Shown here piece after piece: positions 29,176 to 44,000 of a DNA stretch of 64,000 nucleotides. The notes below the pieces were generated by a model. The model ran no database searches, was not told the DNA's origin, and worked only from the letters and a program-made list of their open reading frames with translations. The position numbers and the translations under genes are program-made. Positions within the stretch are counted from its first letter, which is position 1; every line of letters begins with the position of its first letter. Location of the stretch: assembly GCA_951406725.2 (NCBI GenBank), contig OX597840.1, forward strand, positions 4,092,001 through 4,156,000, read 5' to 3'. Source of the DNA: Octopus vulgaris (Eukaryota).

Positions 29176-29424
29176 AATAACCTTCCCGAATCATACAGAA
29201 TCGTAAAGGGCCTGTTTCCCGGTTACCATGGCGTGTATACTCCCCGCCTGGACGGGACCCCTGTCCGTTGCAGGACCATTCGTTTTTCCCAGTTGAATGG
29301 ACTGGCGCTGGAGTGAAATGAAGTGTTTTGCTTAAGAACACAATGCATCGTCCAGTCCAGGAATCGAAACTAAAATCTTACGATCATGAGCCCAACACCC
29401 TAACCACTAAGCCACGCACCTCCA
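29175..29424 (-). mobile_element. Family-C SINE; another at 34350-34578 (-)
   Basis: Reverse complement of the ggaggtgcgtggcttagtggttaggg head plus CORE-like motif. Confidence 0.82.
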
Positions 29425-30359
29425 TAATTTAGGTAGGACACGAGATCGAATAATTGTGCTGATTGCTTGATCGCAAAATCACAGTTTTTGTTCTATGTTT
29501 TCAACATCATCTGGTCGAGTTTGCTCAGGCATTTTTAACCCGCACGCACCATCCATTTTGGTTTTGCATTAGTTGAGGAAGGCCTTCAGGTTTTGGTGGG
29601 GAATCCAGTGTCTCTGGTGAGTTTATCTACTTTACGTTGTGACGGACGACCAGCTCAAGTACGACCATTCCAAAAATACTATGTTTTAAGGGGAAATAAC
29701 TCAGACCAATGTTATCACCCTCGAAGGCAAATTCTCTGCGTCACTGTTTAGATTTCACTACAGCGCCGTTGTTGTCATCTTCTTCTTCTTCTTCTTCTTC
29801 TTCTTCTTCTTCTTCTTCTTTTCTTCCAATCAGGACTCACGCCATTAGCCACAAAGATTAATCTCTAATTCGAGCCTACTCTAAGCTACTAAGAATGCGT
29901 GTGGCAACTTGAAGATCCACCCACCACACGCGATAGACTGGCGGTTGCACGGGCGTGAAAGCTATGTTGTTATCCTCATTCCGTAAATGGTGACTTTTAA
30001 CGGGTGGAGAGCTGAACCATCCTGGGGTACAGAAGATTCGAAATCTAGACTAGGGTCTGAAATTTTACAACACCGTAGGGGGTTACACCATGGTTCCTCT
30101 GCTTTGTGGCAGAAGTAGGAAGAAAGAGTGAGAGAAAGTTGTAGTGAAAGAGTACAGCGGGGTTCAACTCCCATCCGCCGGAGCCTCGTGGGGCTTAGGG
30201 GTTTTTGCTCAATAAACACTCACAATGCTCGGTCTGGGAATCGGAACCGCGTTCTTACGACCGCGAGTCCGTTTCCCAAACCACTGGGCCATTTTTGCTA
30301 CTGTATTTGTTATTTCATTTCTTGGTTTTGTTTTAATTTTAGCAATCGCATGTCTGTTA

Positions 30360-30565
30360 CCTTTTACTTGTTTCAGTCATTAGACTGCGGCTATGCTGGG
30401 GCACCGCCTTGAAGAGCTTTTAGTCGAATGAATTGACCCTCACTACTTATTTCGTTTTTCAGCCTGGTACTTATATCGGTGTGTTTTGCCGAACCGCTAG
30501 CTAACAGGGACGTAAACACACCAATACCAGTTGTCAATCGGTGATGGGGGACAAATACACACACA

Positions 30566-30619
<54 letters not shown>

Positions 30620-30824
30620 TATTACCCCTAATTGTGGTTTAGATTTTAACTACTTCTTCTAGCGAGTTAGATGTCCGATTATGGCCATCTCTTATATGTT
30701 TAAATGTACACTGTATATATAATGAACAATATATAGTCTATTGACTAGTTTTCCTACACACTAGGCCACACTGGTAAAACAATTGGTAAATATACTACCC
30801 TGAAATTTATTAATTTATATGTGT

Positions 30825-30914
<90 letters not shown>

Positions 30915-31080
30915 ATGCATATATATGATGGCCTTCTTTCAGTTTCCGTCTACCAAATCCACTCACAAGGTTTGTTCTGAAGCTATAGTACAAGACACTT
31001 GCATAAAGTACCACGAGGTGGATCGGAACCCGGAACCATGTGGTTGGGAAGCAAGCTTCTTACCACACAACGACGCCTGT
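30360..31080 (-). mobile_element. Family-B SINE with an unrelated ~190-bp island in its internal (TA)n
   Basis: Tail 30360-30570, island about 30621-30815, head 30925-31080. Confidence 0.8.
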
Positions 31081-31528
31081 AAAAGTTTTGCTTTTTTATT
31101 AATTCAGAAATCTTAGAAAATTTCGATGTGAAATCTCTGCAAGTATCGGCAGTGTTTCTTATAAACGGAGATCAGGACATAGTACAGTTTCCATTAATGA
31201 TGGGGGTTCGTCTTGTAAAATTTCCAATATTTTTACTCGCTCGAACGTCGTAGCACAAACAAATCACTTCAGCGAATTCTTACCAGCCATGAAGATAGTA
31301 ACCTTCTATTATAAACACAACAAGAAGCTCCTGGATCAAGTAAACAACCGCTTCAATTTGATCTGGAATATTCAAGTCAAGGCTCTTTTCTTATTCACCC
31401 GAGAATCAAACTTTACATCTTTTCTCAATAAAAGAGAGCTTTGGGTTAAAAAAAGAACTTTGTTTATCTCAAATTTTGAAAAATAAAAGTATAAAAATCG
31501 CATTATTTATGGGATGATCCAATATACA

Positions 31529-31948
<420 letters not shown>

Positions 31949-32371
31949 TTGCAAAATCACATTGAATTCCTAAATAAGCAAATTCAACTATCATACTGTT
32001 ACCACCAACAGAGCTTCCTATTAGCAAATTTTTAATCATTCACAGTTAATACCATCCCAAAAATACTGAGAGAATTTTAATTTCTAATGAATTCAAGGGA
32101 GACAACTTTTTCCAGTGCAACAGTGTAACCTCCCATGCACCAGCGGTTGCTGAGTTTCTAGCATGTAACTCAATATGTCCAATGAGAACGAACGTTGTAT
32201 CTTAGCCAATAGTAATCAGATTGATCAAGAGGTTGGGGCTGCCTCTTCCCTCAGTATGGAAATGGCAGAACGATTAGATATTTTGTGCTTAGGGGATTCA
32301 CACTTTTGCAAATTTGAATCAATTGTAAAATCGAATATTCAACTAGAATACGCGATGAATATATATATATA

Positions 32372-32439
<68 letters not shown>

Positions 32440-32517
32440 GTGTAGGTATTTATGTATGTATATATATAAATATATATATATATGCGTGTATGTGTGTGTA
32501 TTATGTATGTATTTATG

Positions 32518-32560
<43 letters not shown>

Positions 32561-32600
32561 ATGTATACATACATATACATATCAATATCTGTTAACAAAT

Positions 32601-32662
<62 letters not shown>

Positions 32663-32735
32663 TAACAAATATACATATAGGAGTGGATTTGGTAGACGGA
32701 AACTGAAAGAAGCCCGCAGTGTGTGTGTGTATGTA

Positions 32736-32824
32736 CAGTAATCCCTCGACTATCGCGCGTGTTACGTTCCAAAAAACCTCGCAATAGGGGAAAATCCGCG
32801 AAGTAGAAACAGTACAGTACTGTA
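32736..32824 (+). mobile_element. Tigger/pogo-like left terminus
   Basis: TA followed by CAGTAATCCCTCGACTATCGCG, resembling Tigger TIRs; no matching right TIR seen. Confidence 0.5.
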
Positions 32825-33316
32825 TAATTTCTTATTATAATTTGTATATATTTATCTCAATATATAAAAGTGAAATGGCCGAAAGTTGTATGTCTGCGTG
32901 TTTCCTTTAGTGGCTATGCATGGTTTAATGGCAGTAGGCGTGCTCGGATTGCGGCAAAAATTTACAGGGACATGTAAAATGAGACGAGGAAGCGACTGGA
33001 CTAGGTTAGAAATCTCCATCTCAAAAGCTGTGGTTACTAGGGCAACAAAACCCAGACTTTGACGAATGTTTGTCGTTTCTCTCTTTCGGATAACACCCCG
33101 TCTTCCTCGATCTCTCCCTTTCCTCCCTTCCCTTCACTTTCTCTCTATAACGACGTTTGACAGTTTCCACTCTCTTTCCCTCTCTGCCTTCGCCGTCTCT
33201 CTGTCAATCCTTCTCCCACCACCTCTCTCTCTGTACGTATGTCTGTATCTATAGTGAGAAAGTGTTGACAGCCCACCACCACCGCACAATCATGATAACA
33301 GATATTTATTGTGTTA

Positions 33317-33365
<49 letters not shown>

Positions 33366-33401
33366 GTATACATATATAAAATGTGTGCGTATATATATAT
33401 A

Positions 33402-33811
33402 GAAGTAAAACGACTATCTTTGGTTTCAAGATGAGAGGTGTTCTTCCAACAGGATAATGCTCGGCCACATACAGAGAGGATGACATTCCAAAGGCTGGAG
33501 CAGGTTGAATGGGAAACAATGCCCCACCCACCATATTCGCTGGACATTGCCCCATCTGATTATCATTTATTCCACAGTCATCAAAATCATTTGAACGGAA
33601 AAAATATGAATTCTGTAGACAAGGTCAAAACAGTACTGGAGGAGTATTTTTCATCACGGACAAATGAGTTTTAGGAAGGGCCTTGCAATTCTACCAGATA
33701 AATGGAATAGCAGTACAGAAAATGAAGAATAGTATATTTGGGGTTAAAAAAGAACTTTGTTTATCTCAATTTTGAAAAAAAAAATAGAAATCGCATTATT
33801 TATAGGATGAC

Positions 33812-33816
<5 letters not shown>
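33402..33816 (+). mobile_element. Mariner 3' half (transposase pseudogene plus right TIR); solo right end also at about 31441-31524
   Basis: FFQQDNARPHT...HPPYSLDIAPSDYHLF; ends gcattatttataggatgacccaata-TA. Confidence 0.9.
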
Positions 33817-33895
<79 letters not shown>

Positions 33896-33918
33896 TGTGT
33901 ATATATATATATATAGAT

Positions 33919-34220
<302 letters not shown>

Positions 34221-35234
34221 ATATATATACTCGCACACACATCATTTTGCTGTTACTTAAGTTTCACGTCTATACGATCAATCAGAAGGTGACCAGCATT
34301 GCATTGCAACTTCAATATTTCAGTACTTTGTTTACGGTTAGTCCACAATACCCTGTAAGGAGCATAAGGCCGGCTTCCTGGTTTCTGTAACGTATATATT
34401 AATCCCCCTGGACGGGACACCGGTCTTCCGCAGGGTTGCTCATTTTTGCCAGCCAAAGTGGAGTAATGTGAAATGAAGCGTTTTGCTCAAGAAAACACAA
34501 CACATTGCTCGGTCCAGGAATCGAAACCACAATTTTACGATCATGAGTCCAACACCCTAACCACTAAGCCATGCGATTTCACATACTTGTTTTTAAGGGG
34601 TGATAATCCACATCTCAGCAGAAAAAGAAAAGACAAATCGTAAAAACAAACACTTTTCCATGGGGAGATAACTTATTTTGACTTGAAGTCGAAATTCTAA
34701 TGAATTTAGTACTGATTTTTTTCCTTTCTTTGTACACTAGAGGAATAACACATTCGTGTGAGTTTCCTTGTGCTCTCAGTGCCTCGTGATGTTCACTTTC
34801 TCATTTAGGTCCCGAAATAATTTCAGTATATCACTTTTGGAGAAAGACGAAGGAGAAAGCAACCCTGTGATAAATCACAGTATTGTTGTGAAAACAAAAA
34901 TAACGCCATGAGGTAGTAGCTGCTGTTACTAATGTGCAACAGAAAACAGAATATTTTAAAACTATTTGGCTTACACAGTAAACGTGAAATTTCATCATAT
35001 CTCCATGCAAGGAATTTTCTTCAAGCCTTCAAAATTATACCTATAAAGTCCAAATCCGCTGGTATAAGTATGTACACTAGCGGATCTCGTGTTCCAGACT
35101 ACAAGCACAACCCCTGAACGAGGTAACGGGAGACGTAACGGCGAAACATTAATTTATGCTAATAATTTAAGCACAATTGCTCCTACTCAAGAAGTGCACA
35201 TTTTCACGTGCGCTATTCGGTACAAAGGACTGCA

Positions 35235-36244
35235 TGGCAAAAATGAGTAACGCTGCGATGGACTGGCGTCCCGTCCAGCTGGGGAACACATACGCCAGGA
35301 AACTGGGCCCATGAGCCTTGTTAGGCTTTAAAATGGCGCATTTATTTTTGTGTAGGTGCGTGGCTTAATGGTTATGGTGTCAGCATCATGATCGTAAGAT
35401 TATGGTTTCGATTCCTGGACCGGGCAACGCGTTGTGTTCTTGAGCAAAACACTTCATTTGATGTTGCTCCAGTCCACTCAGCTGGCAAAAATGAGTAACG
35501 CTGCGATGGACTGGCGTCCCGTCCAGCTGGGGAACACATACGCCATAGAAACTGGGAAACCGGGCCCATGAGCCTGGCTAGGCTTTTAAAGGGTGCATTT
35601 ATTTTTATTTATTTTTAGCCGACTACAATGACGTCAAAGTTGTTTCCTTGTTGAAAAAATTTTATCTTCCCTCCTCAAGTGGGGCTAGTCTTAATTACTA
35701 TTTGGTAATTAGAACGCATCCTCAAACAATTTCCGTCGTATGGTATTTGGTGTACCTATATTATCAAATAGTAATTAAGACTAGCCCCACTTGAGGAGGG
35801 AAGATAAAAAAATTTCAACAAGGAAACAACTTTGACGTCATTGTGGTCGGCTAAAAATAAATAAAAATAAATGAGCCCTTTTTAAAGCCTAGCCATGCTC
35901 ATGGGCCCGGTTTCCCAGTTTCTATGGTGTATGTGTACCCCAGCTGGACGGGACGCCAGTCCATCACAGCGTTACTCATTTTTGCCAGCTGAGTGGAATG
36001 GAGCAATGTGAAATGAAGTGTTTTGCTCAAGAGCACAACGCGTTGCCCGGTCCAGGAATCGAAACCACAATCTTACGATCATGGTCCTGACACCCTAACC
36101 ACTAAGCCACGCGTCTCCATAAAAATAAACGCGCCTTTTTAAAGTCTAGTCAGGCTCATGGGCCCAGTTTCTCGGTTTCAATGGCGTATGTGTTCCCCAG
36201 CTGGACGGGATGCCAGTCCATCGCAGCGTTACTCATTTTTGCCA
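35235..36244. repeat. ~1-kb fold-back: arms 35235-35709 and 35760-36244 with a 50-bp spacer; each arm is 1.4 family-C SINEs plus ~100 bp of unique sequence
   Basis: Inner arms are near-perfect reverse complements (…ggggctagtcttaattactatttggtaat / attatcaaatagtaattaagactagcccc…). Confidence 0.92.
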
Positions 36245-36530
36245 GATGAGTGGAATGGAGCAACGTGAAATTAAGAGTTTTGCTCAAGAACACACCGACT
36301 ATATACACAGATGACTGGCAAAGGAAGAAATTGAGTCACTGGGATATAATTATTCGTAAACTGAGGGGACTAATGGATTCCTGCCATCCTGAATAAGGTA
36401 TTTTCTAAAATGTGACGTCACACCATCAACTTCAAAAGGAAGTCAAGGAATATGGGCGCATGCGCATTGCATCTGGCTGCGCATGGAATTGCGGAATTGC
36501 ATGCGTCGATTTGTTGCATCTACGATTTCT

Positions 36531-36725
36531 CCTACTACTACTACTACCACCACTACTGCGTCTACAGTAGCTACTGCTGCTGCTACTACTACAACTACTA
36601 CTACTACTACTACTACTACTATTACTACTACTGCTGAGACCCCCTTCGGTCATGACAGACCATGGGATTGCACCTAAAAATTACCCTCCCTGCTACTACT
36701 ACTAATACGACTACATCTATAACTG

Positions 36726-36763
<38 letters not shown>

Positions 36764-36911
36764 GCTATAACAATACTTACAACTACTGATACTACTACTG
36801 CGATAACTACTGCTGCTGCTACTACTACTACTACTACTACTACAAATATTATTGCAACTTCTAATACATCTATAACTACTACTACTACTACTGCGATAAC
36901 TACCGCTACTG

Positions 36912-36942
<31 letters not shown>

Positions 36943-37426
36943 AACTACTACTACTACTACAAATACTATTGCAACTTCTACTACAACTACAACTACTACT
37001 ACTACTACTGCGATAACTACCGCTACTGCTACTACTACTACTACTACTACTACAACTACTACTACTACTACAAATACTATTGCAACTTCTACTACAACTA
37101 CAACTACTACTACTACTACTGCTGCTGCAACAGCAACTTCAACCACTACAGTAATTACTGCTACTATTACTACTTCTACAGCTACTACCACTCCTACCAC
37201 TATATCTATTACAACTATCACTACAACCACTTCTGCTATCTCCACTACTACCACTCCTACTACTACCTCTACTACTAATAATTGCACTTTTACTGCCTCT
37301 ACTAGTAATACTACTCTCATACAACTAATAATAATAACTGCTACTGCTACTGCTACTCCTCCTACTACTACTAGCATAACTAGTGCTACCACTACTATTG
37401 TTATTACTACTATTATTAATACTACT
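36531..37426. repeat. Degenerate (ACT)n tract with ~110-120-bp higher-order units
   Basis: ctgcgataactac...acaaatactattgcaacttcta recurs three times. Confidence 0.9.
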
Positions 37427-37434
37427 AAAAAAAA

Positions 37435-37725
37435 GGAGCACCCCGTCGGTTATGACGACGAGGGTCCCAGGTGATACGATCAACGGAACAGCTTGCTCGT
37501 GAAATTAACGTGCAAGTGGCTGAGTACTTCACAGACACGTGTACCCTTAACGCAGCTCTCAGGGAGATTCAGCGTGACACAGAGTGTGACAAGGCTAACC
37601 CTTTAAATGACAGGTACAACTCATTTTTGCTTGCTGAGAGGACTGGAGCAACGAGAAATAAAGTGTCTTGCTCGAGGACACAACGCGTCGCCGGGAATCG
37701 AACTCACAACCTTACGATCATGAGC
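37435..37725 (-). mobile_element. CORE-type SINE with a family-C-like head and a distinct tail (family H)
   Basis: Reverse complement of catgatcgtaaggttgtgagttcgattcc...cctcgagcaagacacttt. Confidence 0.75.
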
Positions 37726-37910
37726 CTTCACACTACTACTACTACTACTATGACAATACTTGTCGCATACCTGTACTGATAAAACAATAAACAAAAGCAA
37801 CCACAAAAACAACAGTAGCGTCATCTACATTATCAAAGTTCACAGCTACTACTACTACTACTATTACTACTCCTACTAGTACTACCACTACTACTGCTAA
37901 TAATAATAAC

Positions 37911-37946
<36 letters not shown>

Positions 37947-38127
37947 GCTGCTTCCTACTGCAACTGTAGCAAAAACAAGAAATGCCGTTACAACAATAAC
38001 TGCAACAAAAATTATATTTACAGCGACTGCAAAAACAAAAGGTCAGAGAAAAATAGCAAAAAAAAAGGGACAGAAAAGTACAAAAATTACAGAAAACTGC
38101 ATCGACAAAAGGAACAGCAATAAATAA

Positions 38128-38179
<52 letters not shown>

Positions 38180-38646
38180 ATCATATTGGTGGAAGGGGTT
38201 GGTTGGAAGGGCGAAGGCACTTTGGCTGAATATCAGATGATTGATTTCCACATATGTTTCAAAAACACATATCGATAAAGACATCTCTGCTGCTTCTACG
38301 TTATTACCAACATTTTTATAGCGTCAAAACCACGATTTTCTTTTTCTTATTTTATTTATTATTCTCATAAACCACCCTTCTTCTTCCCCTCCGCATCCCT
38401 CTCTCCCCTTTCAACTTTAAGGGAGCAAGTGTTTTTTTTACAACCTTACTCTACTCTGAGAATCCTGAAAGCTTCCTTTATTTCTAATTCTATATATATT
38501 TTTTTTGTTTATTTCTTTTAATGTTGTTTTAGTATTGGTGGGGTTTTATTAAGGTTTTTTTTCTTTCTGTTGCCTTTTGTTTTGTTTTTTGTTTTTTTGT
38601 TTTTCTTCGAGACATGCTATAATCGTTGTCGAACACGAGGAATCAG

Positions 38647-39817
<1,171 letters not shown>

Positions 39818-39961
39818 AAGTTAATGGACGAAATGGCCTGGTAATTTGAAATTTGGAGGCACACATCTGTCCTAGGTGCAAAGAATTACCTTACCTATGC
39901 AATCCTGCTTACATTTTGAGGTTATTTCTTTGTTACATACGTTCGGAAACTTGAAAGACAA

Positions 39962-40893
39962 AGGCAAATAGGTGGCAGAAACGTTAGCACGCCGGACGAA
40001 ATGCGGAGCCGTATTTCGTCTGCCGTTACGTTCTGAGTTCAAATTCCGCCGAGGTCGACTTTGCCTTTCATCATTTTGGGGTCGATAAATTAAGTACCAG
40101 TTACGCACTGGGGTCGATGTAATCGACTTAATCTCCTTGTCTGTCCTCTCTGTGTTTAGCCCCTTGTGGGTAGTAAAGAAATAGGTATGTGGTTGTCATA
40201 GGCGAAAGAGTATGAAACCGGAAGGAAAGGCGGAGAGTGGGCCAGGGAACTGTATTAAATGGGGAAGATAAATCTTCAATTTAAGAAACAATTATTTAAT
40301 CAATAATAAATCCTTGGGCGAAGTATACACAACAGCTGCACGACATCGTGAAGTATATTTGCCACTTAAATGTGGCTAACCCTTAAGGGTAGATGCTACT
40401 GTAGATTGTAGCCCCAGGAGGACACCTCTTCCAGCTGGCTATTGATACACTTTCTGTGCCCTATCAAGGGTTGGCCACATTTAAGTGGCAAATATACTTC
40501 ACGAATTATTTAATCATTATTACGAAAAAGACAATTGAGTGCTAAATATGAGACAGTGCCGAGCGTAAAACTAATCTACTTTTCTTTTATGTTTACGTGA
40601 ATATGTGGTTCCATGGTTTTCAGAAACTCCAGACACAGAGTGTTGGTCAACAGGTTGGCCAAGTGGCGAGCTGGCAGAAACGTTAGCACGCCGGGCGAAA
40701 TGCTTAACGGTATTTCGTCTGCCGCTACGTTCTGAGTTCAAATTCCGCCGAGGTCGACTTTGCCTTTCATCCTTTCGGGGTCGATAAATTAAGTACCAGT
40801 TACGCACTGGGGTCGATGTAATCGGCTTAATATCTATGTCTGTCCTTGTTTGTCCCCTCTGTGTTTAGCCCCTTGTGGGTAATAAAGAAATAA
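39962..40893 (+). mobile_element. Two family-A SINEs (39962-40186, 40663-40893)
   Basis: Near-consensus copies; the second is flanked by the direct repeat ttggcca. Confidence 0.88.
40348..40503. repeat. Short inverted-repeat element (38-bp arms, 80-bp spacer)
   Basis: cgtgaagtatatttgccacttaaatgtggctaaccctt / aagggttggccacatttaagtggcaaatatacttcacg. Confidence 0.85.
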
Positions 40894-41292
40894 ATTGGCC
40901 AGGTGGCTGAAAATTTGGGTGCATGAGTCCAGTTTGTTTAATTTTGTCTGTGGCGAGCATTTCTGATTCAACGAACAGGTCACTATCTTCATGTCATCCA
41001 TCCTTATCAGTTTCTCCTTAGCTCTACTTCTTTTCTTTTTCTTCGGCTTCCTTTTAAGAATCCACCGGACAACAATAGATCACAGTGATTTACAGTTGAT
41101 CATGAATCAAGATGATTCCCAATATATTACAGCGAATCATTGTTGATAACAGCAGATTCCAATGGATGACAATTCGTCCCAGCAAATCAAATGAGCGAAA
41201 ATATATTACAGCGAATTTCAACGAGTCAAAGAATCACAATGAGAGCAGAAGCCAAAAAAGAAGTTTCGTGAAGCGTTCCATATTTCTAAAAA

Positions 41293-41905
41293 TGGCGCAG
41301 AAGTGGCTGTGTGGTAAGTAGCTTGCTTACCAACAACATGGTTCCGAGTTCAGTCCCACTGCGTGGCACCTTGGGAGTGGATTTAGTAGACGGAAACTGA
41401 AAGAAGCCCGTCGTATATATGTATGTATGTATATATATATATATGTATGTGTGTGTGTATGTGTATGTGTCTGTGTTTGTCCCCCCAACATCGCTTGATA
41501 ACCGATACTCGTGTATTTACGTCCCCGTAACTTAGAGTTTCGGCAAAAGAGACCGATAGAATAAGTACTGGGCTAACAAAGAATAAGTCCTGGGGTCGAT
41601 TTGCTCGACTAAAAGGCGGTGTTCCAGCTTGGTCACAGTCAAATAACTGAAACAAGTAAAAGAGCAAAATTATACCTATTTCTTTACTACCCACAAGGGG
41701 CTAAACACAGAGGGGACAAACAAGGACAGACAAACGGATTAAGTCGATTACATCCACCCCAGTGCATAACTGGTACTTATTTAATCGACCTCGAAAAGAT
41801 GAAAGACAAAGTCGACCGCGGCGGAATTTGAACTCAGAACGTAACGGTAGACGAAATACGGCTACGCATTTCGCCCGGCGTGCTAACGTTTCTACCAGCT
41901 CGCCA
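41293..41905. mobile_element. Family-B SINE (+, 41293-41663) tail-to-tail with a family-A SINE (-, 41673-41905)
   Basis: Consensus matches. Confidence 0.88.
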
Positions 41906-42953
41906 TATATAAATTTGTGTGTATATCTGCGTATAGTGTGGTGGGAGGAAAGAAGGATCAGGGGAGCAGATAACTCTTTTAGAAAATCCATATAAAGGAG
42001 AGGAGTTGCTGCCCTTGTCTAAACTAATACAACAGACCAGTGAAAACAACTAATAATAATCGAGGGAAAAGGAAAACATCTACCTGGCTGCTATTATTGT
42101 TAGAAATAGCATCCAAATCTTCCTCAGACCATATCCTACTGGCTTTTCTTTTTACATAGATTCTTGCATGGCTTTGTGATTTAGAAATCCGACACGCAAA
42201 CATGCAGTCTCGCATACATTTGGGGCACCAGAATTCAAACTCACACAGTGAGTCGAACAAAATGCCTTGCAGTTTTCGTTTACATTCCTTCGATATAGCT
42301 CGACATGGTCGAGACATTTCACTTCGGGTATTTCCGTGGGTTGTGGAGTATAGCTATAACGAAATTATGCCAGCAATGTCTCGTTTTAAACTTGAAGAAA
42401 AAAAAGCCCTGCATATTTGTTCTTATCTGTTTCAGGTGTGTATGTAAAATCCGCAAAATTTCCAAGCAGAAAACAGAATCGAACTATCATTTGCTTCCAC
42501 GGAAATACCCGAAGTGAAGTGTTTTGATTTTGTCGAGTTATATCGAAGGAATGCCAACATCTCTTTACGTCTCCAGTTCAAATTTCGATTAATGTCGACG
42601 TTGACTTTCCTCCTTCTGGGGCCGATAAAAGGAAGTAGCAATAAGCTACGTGGATCCATTTGATTAGTACAGCCTTCCTCGAATGTTTGTGATCCTGGGA
42701 CTGTGATAAAAAATAATGATCGTTTCTTTGTTGTTTAGCCCCAAGTCTGCCTCCATTAGCGAGATGAGTTTGTGGTTAAAGGGATATGAACTTCTGTCCG
42801 TGACCATCCCAACTTAATTTCGCGCGAGTGAGGTGGGAGTAAGTGTTTGTGTGTATGTGGGTGCGCTTGTGTATGTGCTAGTGTTTTAGTATTTACATGT
42901 GTATGTCACTCACACCTGTGTGTGTGTGTGTGTGCGTGCGTACGTGCTGGCGT

Positions 42954-43366
42954 GGGATCTTTTCGGTTTGAACGGCACTTTTTTCTAGCGGTGTCATATG
43001 AAATTGTCACCCATAATTATAACCCTAGAATCAATCTATTGCATTTCAATCTCTTTTAGGGTTAGGGTTAGGGGGAAGGGTATCCTTTTTTCTTCACAAA
43101 TGTAAATAAACCCAACCTCTTTCTTAAACGAGGGACATATTCATACGGCACAGAATGTTTTTTAACTCAATAGACGTCATTGATTGGTTGAAATTGCAGA
43201 AAGTGAAGAAAAAAAACAACAAATATCTTACAAACTATAGAATTTTGTCAATAAAGCCAAGAGAAAAAGATGTTTTATAAACACATTCTACCAGTATACA
43301 AAGTTTTAAATTTTTTAGTTACCTAAAAATTGTGTTACAAACTGCCGTTCAAACCGAAAAGATCCC
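42954..43366. mobile_element. 413-bp MITE with 24-bp perfect TIRs, inserted in (GT)n
   Basis: GGGATCTTTTCGGTTTGAACGGCA ... TGCCGTTCAAACCGAAAAGATCCC; superfamily not determined. Confidence 0.88.
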
Positions 43367-43472
43367 GTGTGTGTGTGTCCACAACTATATTAGCCAATGT
43401 ATCGCGGCAAAACTGAATGAAATATACTCGATAAGCAGTTATTTTCTATCTTGGTTAATGAAATTTGAATAA

Positions 43473-43636
43473 AGGCGCAGGAGTGGCTGTGTCGTAAAAA
43501 GCTTGCTTACCAACAACATGGTCCCGGGTTCAGTCCCACTGCGTGGCACCCAGGGCAAGTGTCTTCTACTATAGCCTCGGGCCGACCAAAGCCTTGTGAG
43601 TGGATTTGGTAGACGGAAAACTGAAAGAAGCCCGTC

Positions 43637-43688
<52 letters not shown>

Positions 43689-43761
43689 AATAATACTTTA
43701 TTTGTTCCACGTCCTTGCGTTGTTTTTTTTGTTTTTGTTTTCTTGTTTGGATTAACTATGT

Positions 43762-43812
<51 letters not shown>

Positions 43813-44000
43813 TCTGTGTTTGCCTCACAACCACCGCTTAATAACCGGTCCTGATGTGTTTACGTCTCCCGTAACTTAGCGGTTCGGCAAAAGATATCGA
43901 TGGAATAAGTATTAGACTTATTTTAAAAAATAGGTACTGGGGTCGATACATTCGACTTAAAAGATTCTTCAGGGTGGTGTCCCAGCATGGCCGCAGTCTA
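43473..44000 (+). mobile_element. Family-B SINE
   Basis: Consensus head and tail, with an extra island in the internal microsatellite. Confidence 0.87.

Noticed and set aside
36662-37474. 270-aa Thr-rich mucin-like ORF
   Set aside because: Degenerate (ACT)n; its start and end lie within SINE fragments.
43056-43073. Interstitial telomere or chromosome fusion site
   Set aside because: Only three TTAGGG units, and they lie inside a TIR-bounded MITE.
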